Shown: positions 1 to 8,332, counted from the stretch's first letter. The stretch: DNA of 32,000 nucleotides from Crocosphaera subtropica ATCC 51142 (GCF_000017845.1 NC_010546.1:3420001-3452000), one strand, 5' to 3'. Made by a program: numbers and translations. The notes: generated by a model from the letters alone, not told the origin.

Positions 1-295
1 TAATGGGTTCTTGAACTTGACTAACATTAACTTCTTCATTCATGGTAACTAATCATTGATCGATACTTGTTAGCTCCTTTTATTATAGACAATAAACGTT
101 ACGGTTGAGACAAGGAAGAAGGTAGGAGTTGGGTTACAGCTTTGTGAACTCATCAACTAATTCATTAGAATGTAATATCAATTCTCACAAGTATTGAAGA
201 AACGATCCTTCTTAAGAGCTTGGGAATTGATTCAGAACAAATTTTTCTCTCTCTAGACAGATGATCAATAGTCTTAAAGTAAAGAAAATAGAAGG

Positions 296-336
296 TATCA
301 AAGTTAATTAAGTCTCATAATAGATTAACTTTGATA
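296..336. repeat. Perfect 13-bp inverted repeat (hairpin/palindromic operator candidate) in the divergent intergenic region upstream of the TIGR02588-like gene
   Basis: TATCAAAGTTAAT (296-308) and ATTAACTTTGATA (324-336) are exact reverse complements separated by a 15-nt spacer. Read directly from the sequence. Function unknown. Confidence 0.85.
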
Positions 337-485
337 TAAGCTTTCATGGATTAGAATTATCAAAACGGGAAAAATATGAATACATACAAAATTACGGGTG
401 CTGGTAGCTGCTTAGAAACTAGAAATATAACAGAATCTATTTTTATACATCGTTACCCTACGTCCCATAATAATTAAAATTGAAT

Positions 486-896
486 ATGAGTAATAAACCA
501 TATTCAGATTCTTCTTTTTCTCGTCGTTCTTTTCCAGAAAAACTGAGCTTTAGTATTGCGATCGCTCTTTTGGCAGTGCTATTTAGTTTAATTTTTTATA
601 GTTGGTTTACACAATCAAATAAACCCCCGATCTTATCTGCTAGTTTTGGGTCAACAATTCGTCAAGTTGAGCAACAATACTATGTTCCTTTTACGGTGAC
701 GAATAAAGGAGAACAGGCTGTCAAATCAGTTCATATTCTTGGCAAGCTAACGATTGGGGAAACTATCGAACAAATAGGACAACAAGAAGTTGATTTTCTG
801 TCACGAGATGAAACCATTTCTGGGGTATTTATTTTTACCGATGATCCCCGAAAGGGAGAATTAGAAATTCGGGTAACAGGTTATAAGCTTCCTTAG
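486..896 (+). CDS. Small membrane-anchored protein, TIGR02588-like (uncharacterised family normally paired with TIGR02587)
   Basis: ORF 480..896 has TTG at 480 and its first ATG at 486. It has a single N-terminal hydrophobic helix (LSFSIAIALLAVLFSLIFYSWF) followed by a soluble domain ending ...ELEIRVTGYKLP. This layout matches my recollection of TIGR02588 members. No search was run. Confidence 0.6.
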   Translation: MSNKPYSDSSFSRRSFPEKLSFSIAIALLAVLFSLIFYSWFTQSNKPPILSASFGSTIRQVEQQYYVPFTVTNKGEQAVKSVHILGKLTIGETIEQIGQQEVDFLSRDETISGVFIFTDDPRKGELEIRVTGYKLP

Positions 897-976
897 AACA
901 ACATCAAGGAAAAATCTCAATTGGGTGTTAGGTCTTCGGAGTATTGAAATTTTTTTACAGATAGGAGGAAACTCAA

Positions 977-1810
977 ATGTGGGTGGAAAAACTAGCAAGA
1001 GTTGGGTATGCTGCCAAAGGCGTTGTCTACGGGACAATTGGTATTTTAGCCATACAAGTTGCTATCAGTGCAGGGGGTAAAACAACCGATAGTTCAGGGG
1101 CCCTGCGTACCATAGCCAGTCAACCGTTTGGTCAGTTTTTATTGATTTTAGTCGCTATTGGCTTATTTTGCTATAGTTTATGGCGTTTGATTGAAGCCAT
1201 CTTTGATCCTGAAAGTCGTAAAACAGACTCGAAAAACATCGTCAAACGGATTGGTTATTTATTCAGTGGTTTAATTTATGGGGCGTTAGGGGTTCAAGCA
1301 GTGCTTTTAGTCACTCAGGCTTCTGTTAGCTCCCAAGGAAGCAGTAACTCTACCTCAGACTGGACAGCTAAACTCATGGCGCAACCCTTTGGTAGATGGT
1401 TAGTGGCTCTTGTGGGAGCGATCATCATAGGAGTTGGTTTCTATCGCTTATATTATGCCTACAAGGTTAAATTTCGTCAGCGACTTAATCTAAGAACAGT
1501 AGATGTGAATACAGAAAAATGGATAATTGGGATTAGTCGGTTTGGCATTGCAGCGCGAGGAGTCATTTTCCTGATTATCGGAGGTTTCTTTTTGCAAGCA
1601 TCTAGACAGTATGACCCAAGTGAAGCCAAAGGCCTCGATGGTGTACTTCAAACCTTAGCCCAACAACCTTACGGAAAAGCACTGTTAGGTATTGTTGCGT
1701 TGGGATTAATTGCCTACAGTATTTATCTATTGGTACAAGCGAGATATCGACAGATTCCAGTGGCTAATGTGTCTGATAGATTACAGCAAGAGTTAGTTAA
1801 TCACCGATAA
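977..1810 (+). CDS. DUF1206 domain-containing integral membrane protein (three tandem two-helix repeats)
   Basis: 277-aa ORF with ATG at 977, preceded by AGGAGG at 963-968. It contains three internal repeats of the pattern G(Y/I)xxxGxxYxxxG...QP(F/Y)GxxLLxxVAxGL, namely ARVGYAAKGVVYG..SQPFGQFLL, KRIGYLFSGLIYG..AQPFGRWLV and SRFGIAARGVIFL..QQPYGKALL. This threefold arrangement is characteristic of DUF1206. Confidence 0.8.
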   Translation: MWVEKLARVGYAAKGVVYGTIGILAIQVAISAGGKTTDSSGALRTIASQPFGQFLLILVAIGLFCYSLWRLIEAIFDPESRKTDSKNIVKRIGYLFSGLIYGALGVQAVLLVTQASVSSQGSSNSTSDWTAKLMAQPFGRWLVALVGAIIIGVGFYRLYYAYKVKFRQRLNLRTVDVNTEKWIIGISRFGIAARGVIFLIIGGFFLQASRQYDPSEAKGLDGVLQTLAQQPYGKALLGIVALGLIAYSIYLLVQARYRQIPVANVSDRLQQELVNHR

Positions 1811-2015
1811 ATTGAATGAGGAGTTAGGCGTTATTCGGAGAACAGCATCATATTCCTCAAGATAGAGATAATCTGTTTCTTAAGGAGTAGAAAAACTCTC
1901 ACATATTTGACTCAATTAAAACTGTGATTCACTCCCTGAGAAGATGAAAATAGAGAGAAGAGTTTGCTGAAATAGGGTTAATAACCAATAAAATTTAGCT
2001 CTACAATCACCACTT

Positions 2016-3566
2016 ATGTCTTCTCCTTCTTCTACAAAATCGATTTCTTATTGGATCGACTCCACACCACAGACAGATTATTCAGAATTTGCTGAAAATA
2101 TCTCGGTGGATGTTGCAATTGTGGGTGCTGGTATCGTTGGATTAACCGCAGCAGCCCAACTCAAAAAAGCTGGTAAAACTGTCGCTGTTATTGAATCTAA
2201 AAAAGTAGCCACGGGAGTCAGTGGTCATACAACGGCTAAAATTACTTCATTGCATCACCTAATTTATCAAGATTTATTGGCCGACTTGGGGCAAGAAAAA
2301 GCAAAACTGTATGCTGAGTCTAATCAAGCAGCCCTCGAATATATTGCTAACCGAGTTGAAACCGAGCAAATTGATTGTGATTTTAGTCGTCAAAATGCTT
2401 ACACCTTTGCTGAGTCGGTCAAAGAACGGGAAAAAATTGAAGCCGAAGTGGAGGCAGCCCAGTCCCTAGGCTTACCCGCTTCTTTTGTGAAAACAACCTC
2501 TCTTCCTTTTCCCATTTCCGGTGCCATTCAATTTGAAAACCAAGCTCAATTTCACGCCCGTAAATATTTACTCCATTTAGCGAAAACTATTCCAGAAAAC
2601 GGTAGTTATCTCTTTGAAAACACCAGAGTCGAAGATGTCAAAGAAGAAAAAACCGCTTGTCGAGTGAAAACCCGTCGAGGGAAAATTACAGCCAAAGATG
2701 TTATCGTTGCCACCAATATTCCGATTCTCGATCAAGGACTCTTTTTTGCCAAAGCTTACCCCAAACGCTCCTATTTAATCGGTGCGCCCATTGACCCAGA
2801 AAAAGCCCCTCAAGGAATGTTTATCGGCACAGGGGATCATTATCGCTCTATTCGTACAACCCCTTATAATGGTCGTTTACTCCTATTAGTAGGGGGTGAA
2901 GGCCACAAAACTGGGACGGTTACAGAGACAGAGAAACGATTTTTACCCCTGGAAGAGTACGCTTACGCTCGGTTTGGGGTCAATTCCATTGATTATCGCT
3001 GGTCGTCTCAAGATATGGTTTCCTTTGATAAACTGCCTTACATCGGTAAATTAACCCCCCTCCATAATCATATTTATGTAGCCACAGGCTTAAGTTTATG
3101 GGGCATGACCAAAGGGACGTTATCAGGAATGTTGTTATCGGATTTGATTTTAGAGCAAGAAAATCCTTGGTTAAATTTATATGACTCAACCCGTGCCACT
3201 CCCTTTGTTTCTAAGACTTCCATCAAAGAAAATGCAGAGGTTGCCATTCACTGGATCGGCGATCGCCTTAAAGGACGACAAGACTCTGTCTCGGAACTTA
3301 AACCAGGAGAGGGTAAAGTAGTAGACCTAGAAGGGGATCAAGTCGCTGTCCATCGAGATGAGAAAAATAAACTTCATGCCGTCTCTGCAGTATGTTCTCA
3401 CTTAGGCTGTGTGGTCAATTGGAATCAAGCAGAAAAGAGTTGGGACTGTCCTTGTCACGGGGCGCGCTTTGATTGTACTGGCACAGTGCTTCGGGGTCCA
3501 GCGACTCAAGATTTATCGAATCTTCAAGTGTCAGAAGACCAAGAAGGTCATGTTGTTTCTGTCTAG
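2016..3566 (+). CDS. FAD-dependent oxidoreductase (DAO-like) fused to a C-terminal Rieske [2Fe-2S] domain
   Basis: 516-aa ORF. The N-terminal dinucleotide-binding motif is DVAIVGAGIVGLTAAAQL. The C-terminal Rieske signature is CSHLGC-x13-CPCHG (CSH starts at nt 3393). Confidence 0.85.
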   Translation: MSSPSSTKSISYWIDSTPQTDYSEFAENISVDVAIVGAGIVGLTAAAQLKKAGKTVAVIESKKVATGVSGHTTAKITSLHHLIYQDLLADLGQEKAKLYAESNQAALEYIANRVETEQIDCDFSRQNAYTFAESVKEREKIEAEVEAAQSLGLPASFVKTTSLPFPISGAIQFENQAQFHARKYLLHLAKTIPENGSYLFENTRVEDVKEEKTACRVKTRRGKITAKDVIVATNIPILDQGLFFAKAYPKRSYLIGAPIDPEKAPQGMFIGTGDHYRSIRTTPYNGRLLLLVGGEGHKTGTVTETEKRFLPLEEYAYARFGVNSIDYRWSSQDMVSFDKLPYIGKLTPLHNHIYVATGLSLWGMTKGTLSGMLLSDLILEQENPWLNLYDSTRATPFVSKTSIKENAEVAIHWIGDRLKGRQDSVSELKPGEGKVVDLEGDQVAVHRDEKNKLHAVSAVCSHLGCVVNWNQAEKSWDCPCHGARFDCTGTVLRGPATQDLSNLQVSEDQEGHVVSV

Positions 3567-3638
3567 GGTGTAACCATTATCAAACAGACTTGGAAAAAAG
3601 AACTCGATGAGATCATTCGTGGGGTATCTGGGGGATTT

Positions 3639-4436
3639 TTGTTTGGCATTCCCCTGGTTTATACCATGGAAGTATGGCACATTGGCTCTCAAATTGATTC
3701 ATCCCTGATGCTCTTGATTTTGTTCATTACCTATTTACTGGTGTTTAGTTTAAATTCCATTGAGGGTTTTCGTCGTAAGAAACGAAAGGGATGGACCGAT
3801 GCCTTTTTAGAAAGTAATGAAGCCTTAGCCATTGGTTGCTGTTGTGCCACCTTTACTCTTCTCCTCTTACAAAAAATCACCCTAATAACACCATTAGAAG
3901 AGGTCCTAGGTAAGATCGTCTTTGAGGCGGTTCCTTTTGCCATAGGCACAGCCTTGTCCCGTATTTTGTTAGATGGAAAGCCAAAAAAATCCAGCAATGA
4001 GTCCGGCAACCCACAAGGCAATGAGCAATCAATTAATGTCAATGAAACCTTAGCCGATGTAAGTGCTAGTTTTATGGGTGCAATGATAGTTGCATTTAGT
4101 ATTGCCCCCACCGATGAAGTTCGAGTTTTGGCTGTCTCGGCTTCTCCTCCCTGGCTGATTCTCATTACCATGGCTTCTTTGTTAATTTCTTATATGATTG
4201 TTTTTGCAGCCGGTTTTACCAATCAAGCTAAGCGTAAAAAACAACGGGGTTTGTTTCAAACCCCTGAAGCAGAAACGGTCATTTCTTATTTAATTGCTTT
4301 ATTCACATCAGGATTAATGCTTTTGTTTTTTCAGCAATTAAACTTTAATATGACATGGTTTTTGTGGTTGCAATATACAATTATTTTGGGTCTTCCTGCT
4401 GCTATTGGTGGCGCAGCCGGACGAATTGCTATTTAA
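3639..4436 (+). CDS. Polytopic integral membrane protein, TIGR02587-like; start uncertain
   Basis: The ORF track starts at TTG 3639. The protein is multi-helix and hydrophobic, with the motif FGIPLVYTMEVWHIG near the N-terminus. The frame stays open upstream to the TAG at 3564-3566 and encodes ...QTWKKELDEIIRGVSGGFL with no ATG/GTG/TTG, so the real N-terminus may lie upstream of 3639. Family call is from memory. Confidence 0.6.
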   Translation: MFGIPLVYTMEVWHIGSQIDSSLMLLILFITYLLVFSLNSIEGFRRKKRKGWTDAFLESNEALAIGCCCATFTLLLLQKITLITPLEEVLGKIVFEAVPFAIGTALSRILLDGKPKKSSNESGNPQGNEQSINVNETLADVSASFMGAMIVAFSIAPTDEVRVLAVSASPPWLILITMASLLISYMIVFAAGFTNQAKRKKQRGLFQTPEAETVISYLIALFTSGLMLLFFQQLNFNMTWFLWLQYTIILGLPAAIGGAAGRIAI

Positions 4437-4483
4437 CTCACATCTTGCACCTTCGATAGAATTTGCTAGTGTTTGTAAGCCTA

Positions 4484-4504
4484 TCAGCCGTCAGCCCTCA
4501 GCTA
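4484..4504. repeat. Three tandem heptamers (TCAGCCG TCAGCCC TCAGCTA), STRR-like
   Basis: Read directly from the sequence in the intergenic region after the TIGR02587-like gene. Confidence 0.7.
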
Positions 4505-4702
4505 TATTTCTATAATATTGAACGCTAAACACTGAATTGAAAAAAATTTCTTTCTTTAGAAAGATGGATGAGGTAGTGAAACTTAGTTTTAATAGAAAAT
4601 GGAATAGATAAGTCTTTGAATATGTCAATTACTATTTAAGACTAAAAGAGAGGAGAAAGTAAAAATAAATTACCGTCTGTAGAATTTTTCTAGAACCTAA
4701 TT

Positions 4703-5872
4703 ATGGAATCATTATTTAATCTCGATTTACAACCCTTATTAAATCACCAAAGTGATTTGTGTATCTCAATTTATTTACCCACCTATAAAGGGGGAGCAGA
4801 AACACAACAAAATTTCATTCGTTTCAAAAATCTGATTCAAAAAGTTGAAAAAACTCTCAGCGATCGCAGTTTAAGGGAGGCAGAGGTTAACGCTTTACTC
4901 AAACCAGCTTACGAATTACTCGATGACCGAGAAAATTATTTTTGGGAACACCAAGACTTAGGGTTAGGGGTTTTTTTAAGTCCTAATTTTTGGCAAACCT
5001 ATCGTTTACCTATTTCCTTTGAAGAGGTAGCGATTGTCTCTGAGCATTTTTATGTCAAACCATTGGTTCGTTTCATTAACCTTAATCAACCTTTTTATTT
5101 GTTAGCCTTGAGTCAAAATGAAGTGCGATTATTTAAGGCTAATCGTCGTGAGATTAAAGGAATGGAATTAGGGGATATTCCCGGTAGTTTAGCCGAAGCA
5201 TTACGTTATGATGATCCTGAAAAACAACTACAGTTTCATAGTGGTTCTGGTGGCAATGATAATCAACCAATTTATCATGGTCACGGGGTAGGAACAACGG
5301 ATAATAAAAATGATATTCGACGTTATTGCCAAGCCATTGACAATGGTTTAATGTCGTTATTACCCGTAGATCAACATCTTCCGTTAATGTTGGCAGGGGT
5401 AGATTACCTGATTTCCATGTATCAAGACTTGAGTTCTTATCCTAATCTTCTCAAAGAAGCAATTATTGGTAATCCAGAGAGATTATTACCTCAACAATTA
5501 CACGAACAAGCTTTACCAATTTTAGAAAAAGATTTACACCAAAAACAAGAACAAAGCATACAAAACTATCAAAATAAAAAGGGAACTAGCGAAACTAGCG
5601 ATCGCTTATCAACTATTCTGAGGGCTGCCTATAATGGTCAAATTGATACGTTAATGTTGCTTGAAAATGAACAACAGTGGGGACAATTTGATCCGAATCA
5701 TTACGAGTTAGACATTCATTCCCAAAGGACTCACCATAGCGATGAATTATTAAATTTGGCAGCTATCCAAACCCTGCAACAAGGGGGACAGGTCTATCTC
5801 ATGGATGAAAATAATTTACCCCATAACTCCCCAGCAGCAGCTATTTTTCGTTACCCTATTGTCAGTTTCTAG
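4703..5872 (+). CDS. baeRF3-like protein (bacterial archaeo-eukaryotic release factor-like family 3), function unknown
   Basis: 389-aa ORF. Segments such as LCISIYLPTYKGGAETQQNFIRFKNL, FYLLALSQNEVRLFKA, GSLAEALRYDDPEKQLQFHSGSGG and IYHGHGVGTTD..NDIRRY match my recollection of proteins annotated as baeRF3 domain-containing. No search was run. Confidence 0.6.
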   Translation: MESLFNLDLQPLLNHQSDLCISIYLPTYKGGAETQQNFIRFKNLIQKVEKTLSDRSLREAEVNALLKPAYELLDDRENYFWEHQDLGLGVFLSPNFWQTYRLPISFEEVAIVSEHFYVKPLVRFINLNQPFYLLALSQNEVRLFKANRREIKGMELGDIPGSLAEALRYDDPEKQLQFHSGSGGNDNQPIYHGHGVGTTDNKNDIRRYCQAIDNGLMSLLPVDQHLPLMLAGVDYLISMYQDLSSYPNLLKEAIIGNPERLLPQQLHEQALPILEKDLHQKQEQSIQNYQNKKGTSETSDRLSTILRAAYNGQIDTLMLLENEQQWGQFDPNHYELDIHSQRTHHSDELLNLAAIQTLQQGGQVYLMDENNLPHNSPAAAIFRYPIVSF

Positions 5873-5938
5873 TAAGGATATGAAAAATGTCCTAACTAAT
5901 TTTTGTACTACTATAGCACGACCATGCTCAGGAATAGT

Positions 5939-5963
5939 CAAGGGGTTCCCCCCTTGCCTTTTG
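5939..5963 (+). terminator. Candidate intrinsic terminator after the baeRF3-like gene
   Basis: CAAGGGG (5939-5945) and CCCCTTG (5950-5956) form a 7-bp stem with a 4-nt loop, followed by CCTTTTGCC. Confidence 0.55.
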
Positions 5964-6053
5964 CCTATCTTCATTAGTAGACTATGATCACTGGATTTAG
6001 TATTAGTCAACTCAGATGCAACGGTAGATAGTTGATAGTAGTTTATGATTCGA

Positions 6054-6302
6054 TTAATTAAACCCTAAAATAAATTTAAGAGACAAACTGATTAAAATTG
6101 ACTGTAATATTAATAATAGCAATATACCTCCCGCCGCAAGAAAAAAATAGCGTCGAATTAAGGCTATTAACCCTTTAATCACGGCTCTAGCAATGGTTTG
6201 TTCTAATCCCTCATTGGTCATGACTTTATAGATAATTTTTTCCATTTCATCATCAACTTTTCTGGCGAGGGTTCTTCTACGTTTCTTCTTGGGAGACTCC
6301 AT
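6054..6302 (-). CDS. Small C-terminally anchored membrane protein with a highly basic N-terminus, unknown function
   Basis: 82-aa ORF starting 13 nt downstream of the NYN gene stop on the same strand. The N-terminus is MESPKKKRRRTLARK and the C-terminal hydrophobic segment is FFLAAGGILLLLILQSILISLSLKFILGF. Confidence 0.5.
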   Translation of the reverse strand: MESPKKKRRRTLARKVDDEMEKIIYKVMTNEGLEQTIARAVIKGLIALIRRYFFLAAGGILLLLILQSILISLSLKFILGFN

Positions 6303-6315
6303 AATAATCGGTCAG

Positions 6316-6852
6316 TCAGTAATCTTGCTTTTCTATACTATCTTTAATATCATTTAAGTCAATATAACGATCTGTGGCATTTCGCAATTCTCTGGCAATC
6401 ATTCCCTCTGTGGAAACAACAGTAATATGAGTATTTTTTGATCTCAATAATTCAATTGCCCGTTCAAAATCTCCATCTCCACTAAACAAAATAACCCGAT
6501 CATATTGATCAACAGTATTAAACATATCCACAACAATTTCAATATCAAGATTGGCTTTTTGGGAATATCTTCCAGAGGTATCATCATAGTATTCTTTTAA
6601 AATTTTAGTTCTTACAGTGTATCCCAAACTGATTAAGGCATCACGAAACCCTCTTTGATCTTGAGAATCTTTTAAACCCGTATACCAAAAAGCATTAATT
6701 AAAGAAACGTGAGGATCATTGGTAAAATAGTCTAAAACTCGCCTCGGATCGAAAAACCAGCCGTTTTTTTGTTGTGCATAAAACATATTATTGCCATCAA
6801 CAAATATAGAAAGACGCTCTTTCTGACACATACAAGTATTCGTAGCATCCAT
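6316..6852 (-). CDS. NYN domain (LabA/DUF88-like) predicted ribonuclease
   Basis: 178-aa ORF. The motifs SIFVDGNNMFY near the N-terminus and ILFSGDGDFERAIELL are typical of the NYN/LabA PIN-like fold. Confidence 0.75.
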   Translation of the reverse strand: MDATNTCMCQKERLSIFVDGNNMFYAQQKNGWFFDPRRVLDYFTNDPHVSLINAFWYTGLKDSQDQRGFRDALISLGYTVRTKILKEYYDDTSGRYSQKANLDIEIVVDMFNTVDQYDRVILFSGDGDFERAIELLRSKNTHITVVSTEGMIARELRNATDRYIDLNDIKDSIEKQDY

Positions 6853-6995
6853 AAAATTAAGACCTAAGTATAAATAGAAATAAAGAAATAGATAAGTAGC
6901 TTAATTGTTTAAATTAGTAAGGTTACTTAACTAAAATTTTACCTTAAAAGTTTACCAGTTTGTAGGATGGATTCTATTTAAGTACAAATAACGAA

Positions 6996-7826
6996 TTAAG
7001 TTTCAACTAGGTAAGAACACCAATCACTCCAACCCCCAGGATATAATTTTGCTCCCTTAATCCCGACAGATTCCATCGATAAAAGATTGACACAAGCAGT
7101 TACCCCTGAACCACAATACACAATTATCTCCTTAAACCCCTCAAAATCAGCCCATAAGCCTTTTTGTTCGGGTTCAGGTAACATATAGCCTTCGTCGTTG
7201 GTAACGCACTTCCAAGGGGAATTAATCGCCCCCTGAATATGACCAGCAATAGGGTCAATGGGTTCTCGTTCCCCTCTATAGCGATCGCTGTCTCGTGAGT
7301 CGATGACAATAACATTAGGGGAGTCTTTGCGTTGTTTGAGGGTTTCAATATCCACAATCCAATCGGTGCGGGGTTCGGGGACAAAATGACCTAATTTGGC
7401 TTTTGGAGTGACATTATCCACGGGATAACCCTTAGCTTGCCAACCTGGCCAACCACCGTCTAAAACTGCCACTTGTTCATGGCCAAAGTAACGTAATAAC
7501 CACCATAAACGGGCGGCAAAGGCAAAGCGTAGATCATCATAGGCAATCACCACAGTTTCCCCGAATTGTATCCCCATAGACTCTAATTTTTTCGCAAAAA
7601 TGGAGGGATTTGGAAGGGGATGACGGCCACCATGACTGGTGACAGAAGAGGATAAATCTTGATCTAGGTTTAAATAATAAGCACCGGGGATATGACTGGT
7701 TAGATATTCTTCATATCCCCAGTTGGGATCTCCGAGACGGAAACGACAATCAATAATAACAAGATTAGGGTTAGGGAGTTGACCAGTTAGCCATTCACTG
7801 GAAATAAGAGAATTTATATTAGACAT
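6996..7826 (-). CDS. Two-domain rhodanese sulfurtransferase, 3-mercaptopyruvate sulfurtransferase type
   Basis: 276-aa ORF with tandem rhodanese domains. The active-site loop CGSGVTA (YCGSGVTACV) is the MST-type signature, in contrast to CRKGVTA in thiosulfate sulfurtransferases. Confidence 0.8.
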   Translation of the reverse strand: MSNINSLISSEWLTGQLPNPNLVIIDCRFRLGDPNWGYEEYLTSHIPGAYYLNLDQDLSSSVTSHGGRHPLPNPSIFAKKLESMGIQFGETVVIAYDDLRFAFAARLWWLLRYFGHEQVAVLDGGWPGWQAKGYPVDNVTPKAKLGHFVPEPRTDWIVDIETLKQRKDSPNVIVIDSRDSDRYRGEREPIDPIAGHIQGAINSPWKCVTNDEGYMLPEPEQKGLWADFEGFKEIIVYCGSGVTACVNLLSMESVGIKGAKLYPGGWSDWCSYLVET

Positions 7827-7849
7827 AACAGTATTTTAAACTGATGAGC

Positions 7850-8332
7850 TTAAGGAAGGGAAAAGTTTTTGACAATTAATAAACAGTTCCGCTCATCATC
7901 AGTACGCTCATAAGTTAATTGAGCAGCGATTTTTTGTAAAATAGGAAGCCCTTGGCCATGACCAGCAAAACGGTTATCCTCATTGGTATTGGCTTTGAGG
8001 AACCCTTGTAGATCAAAAAAGGGTCCAAAGTCCCAAATCCTCATTTCTAAGCTATCAGAGGTAAGTTTAATTTCGATTTCCACAAACACATCACTGGGAA
8101 TGTCCCTATGGGCGTGACGTACCGCATTGGTAAAGCCTTCTGCTAAGGCCAGCTGACATTGTAACCAATCTTTTTTAGGAATCCAGGGTTGATTTATCTT
8201 ATCAAAGTGACCTAAAACTTCATCTAATGCTTTTAGGTTACTCTTTACTTTGAACGAAATCTGTTGGAGGACGCTCAATGATTCAAAGCCTCTACTATCA
8301 ACTAGAGTTGACACAGATAGATTAGGGCGCAA
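7850..8332 (-). CDS. RsbW/SpoIIAB-like anti-sigma-type serine protein kinase (HATPase_c_2)
   Basis: 160-aa ORF with a TTG start at 8332; the start is uncertain. It has an N-box-like AEGFTNAVRHA and a G-box-like GHGQGLPIL. It ends 23 nt upstream of the sulfurtransferase gene on the same strand. Confidence 0.75.
   Translation of the reverse strand: MRPNLSVSTLVDSRGFESLSVLQQISFKVKSNLKALDEVLGHFDKINQPWIPKKDWLQCQLALAEGFTNAVRHAHRDIPSDVFVEIEIKLTSDSLEMRIWDFGPFFDLQGFLKANTNEDNRFAGHGQGLPILQKIAAQLTYERTDDERNCLLIVKNFSLP

Noticed and set aside
1-43. Possible start of a minus-strand gene (ATG at 43-41, reading MNEEVNVSQVQEPI... off the window edge)
   Set aside because: Only 14 codons are visible, with no SD and no recognisable motif. 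This is too little to call a feature.
376-477. 33-codon plus-strand ORF (MNTYKITGAGSCLETRNITES...) upstream of the first gene
   Set aside because: It has no SD, no recognisable family and an AT-rich context in which such ORFs arise by chance.
2980-4171. Minus-strand ORFs 2980..3189 and 3731..4171
   Set aside because: They lie antisense inside well-supported plus-strand genes (the FAD-Rieske and the TIGR02587-like membrane protein). Their translations are low-complexity with no motifs.
5805-6010. ORFs 5805..5987 (+) and 5816..6010 (-)
   Set aside because: They overlap the 3' end of the baeRF3-like gene and its terminator hairpin. They have no motifs and mutually overlap on opposite strands.
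7124-7384. Minus-strand ORF 7124..7384 in an alternative frame of the sulfurtransferase gene
   Set aside because: It is fully embedded in a CDS with clear rhodanese motifs in another frame.
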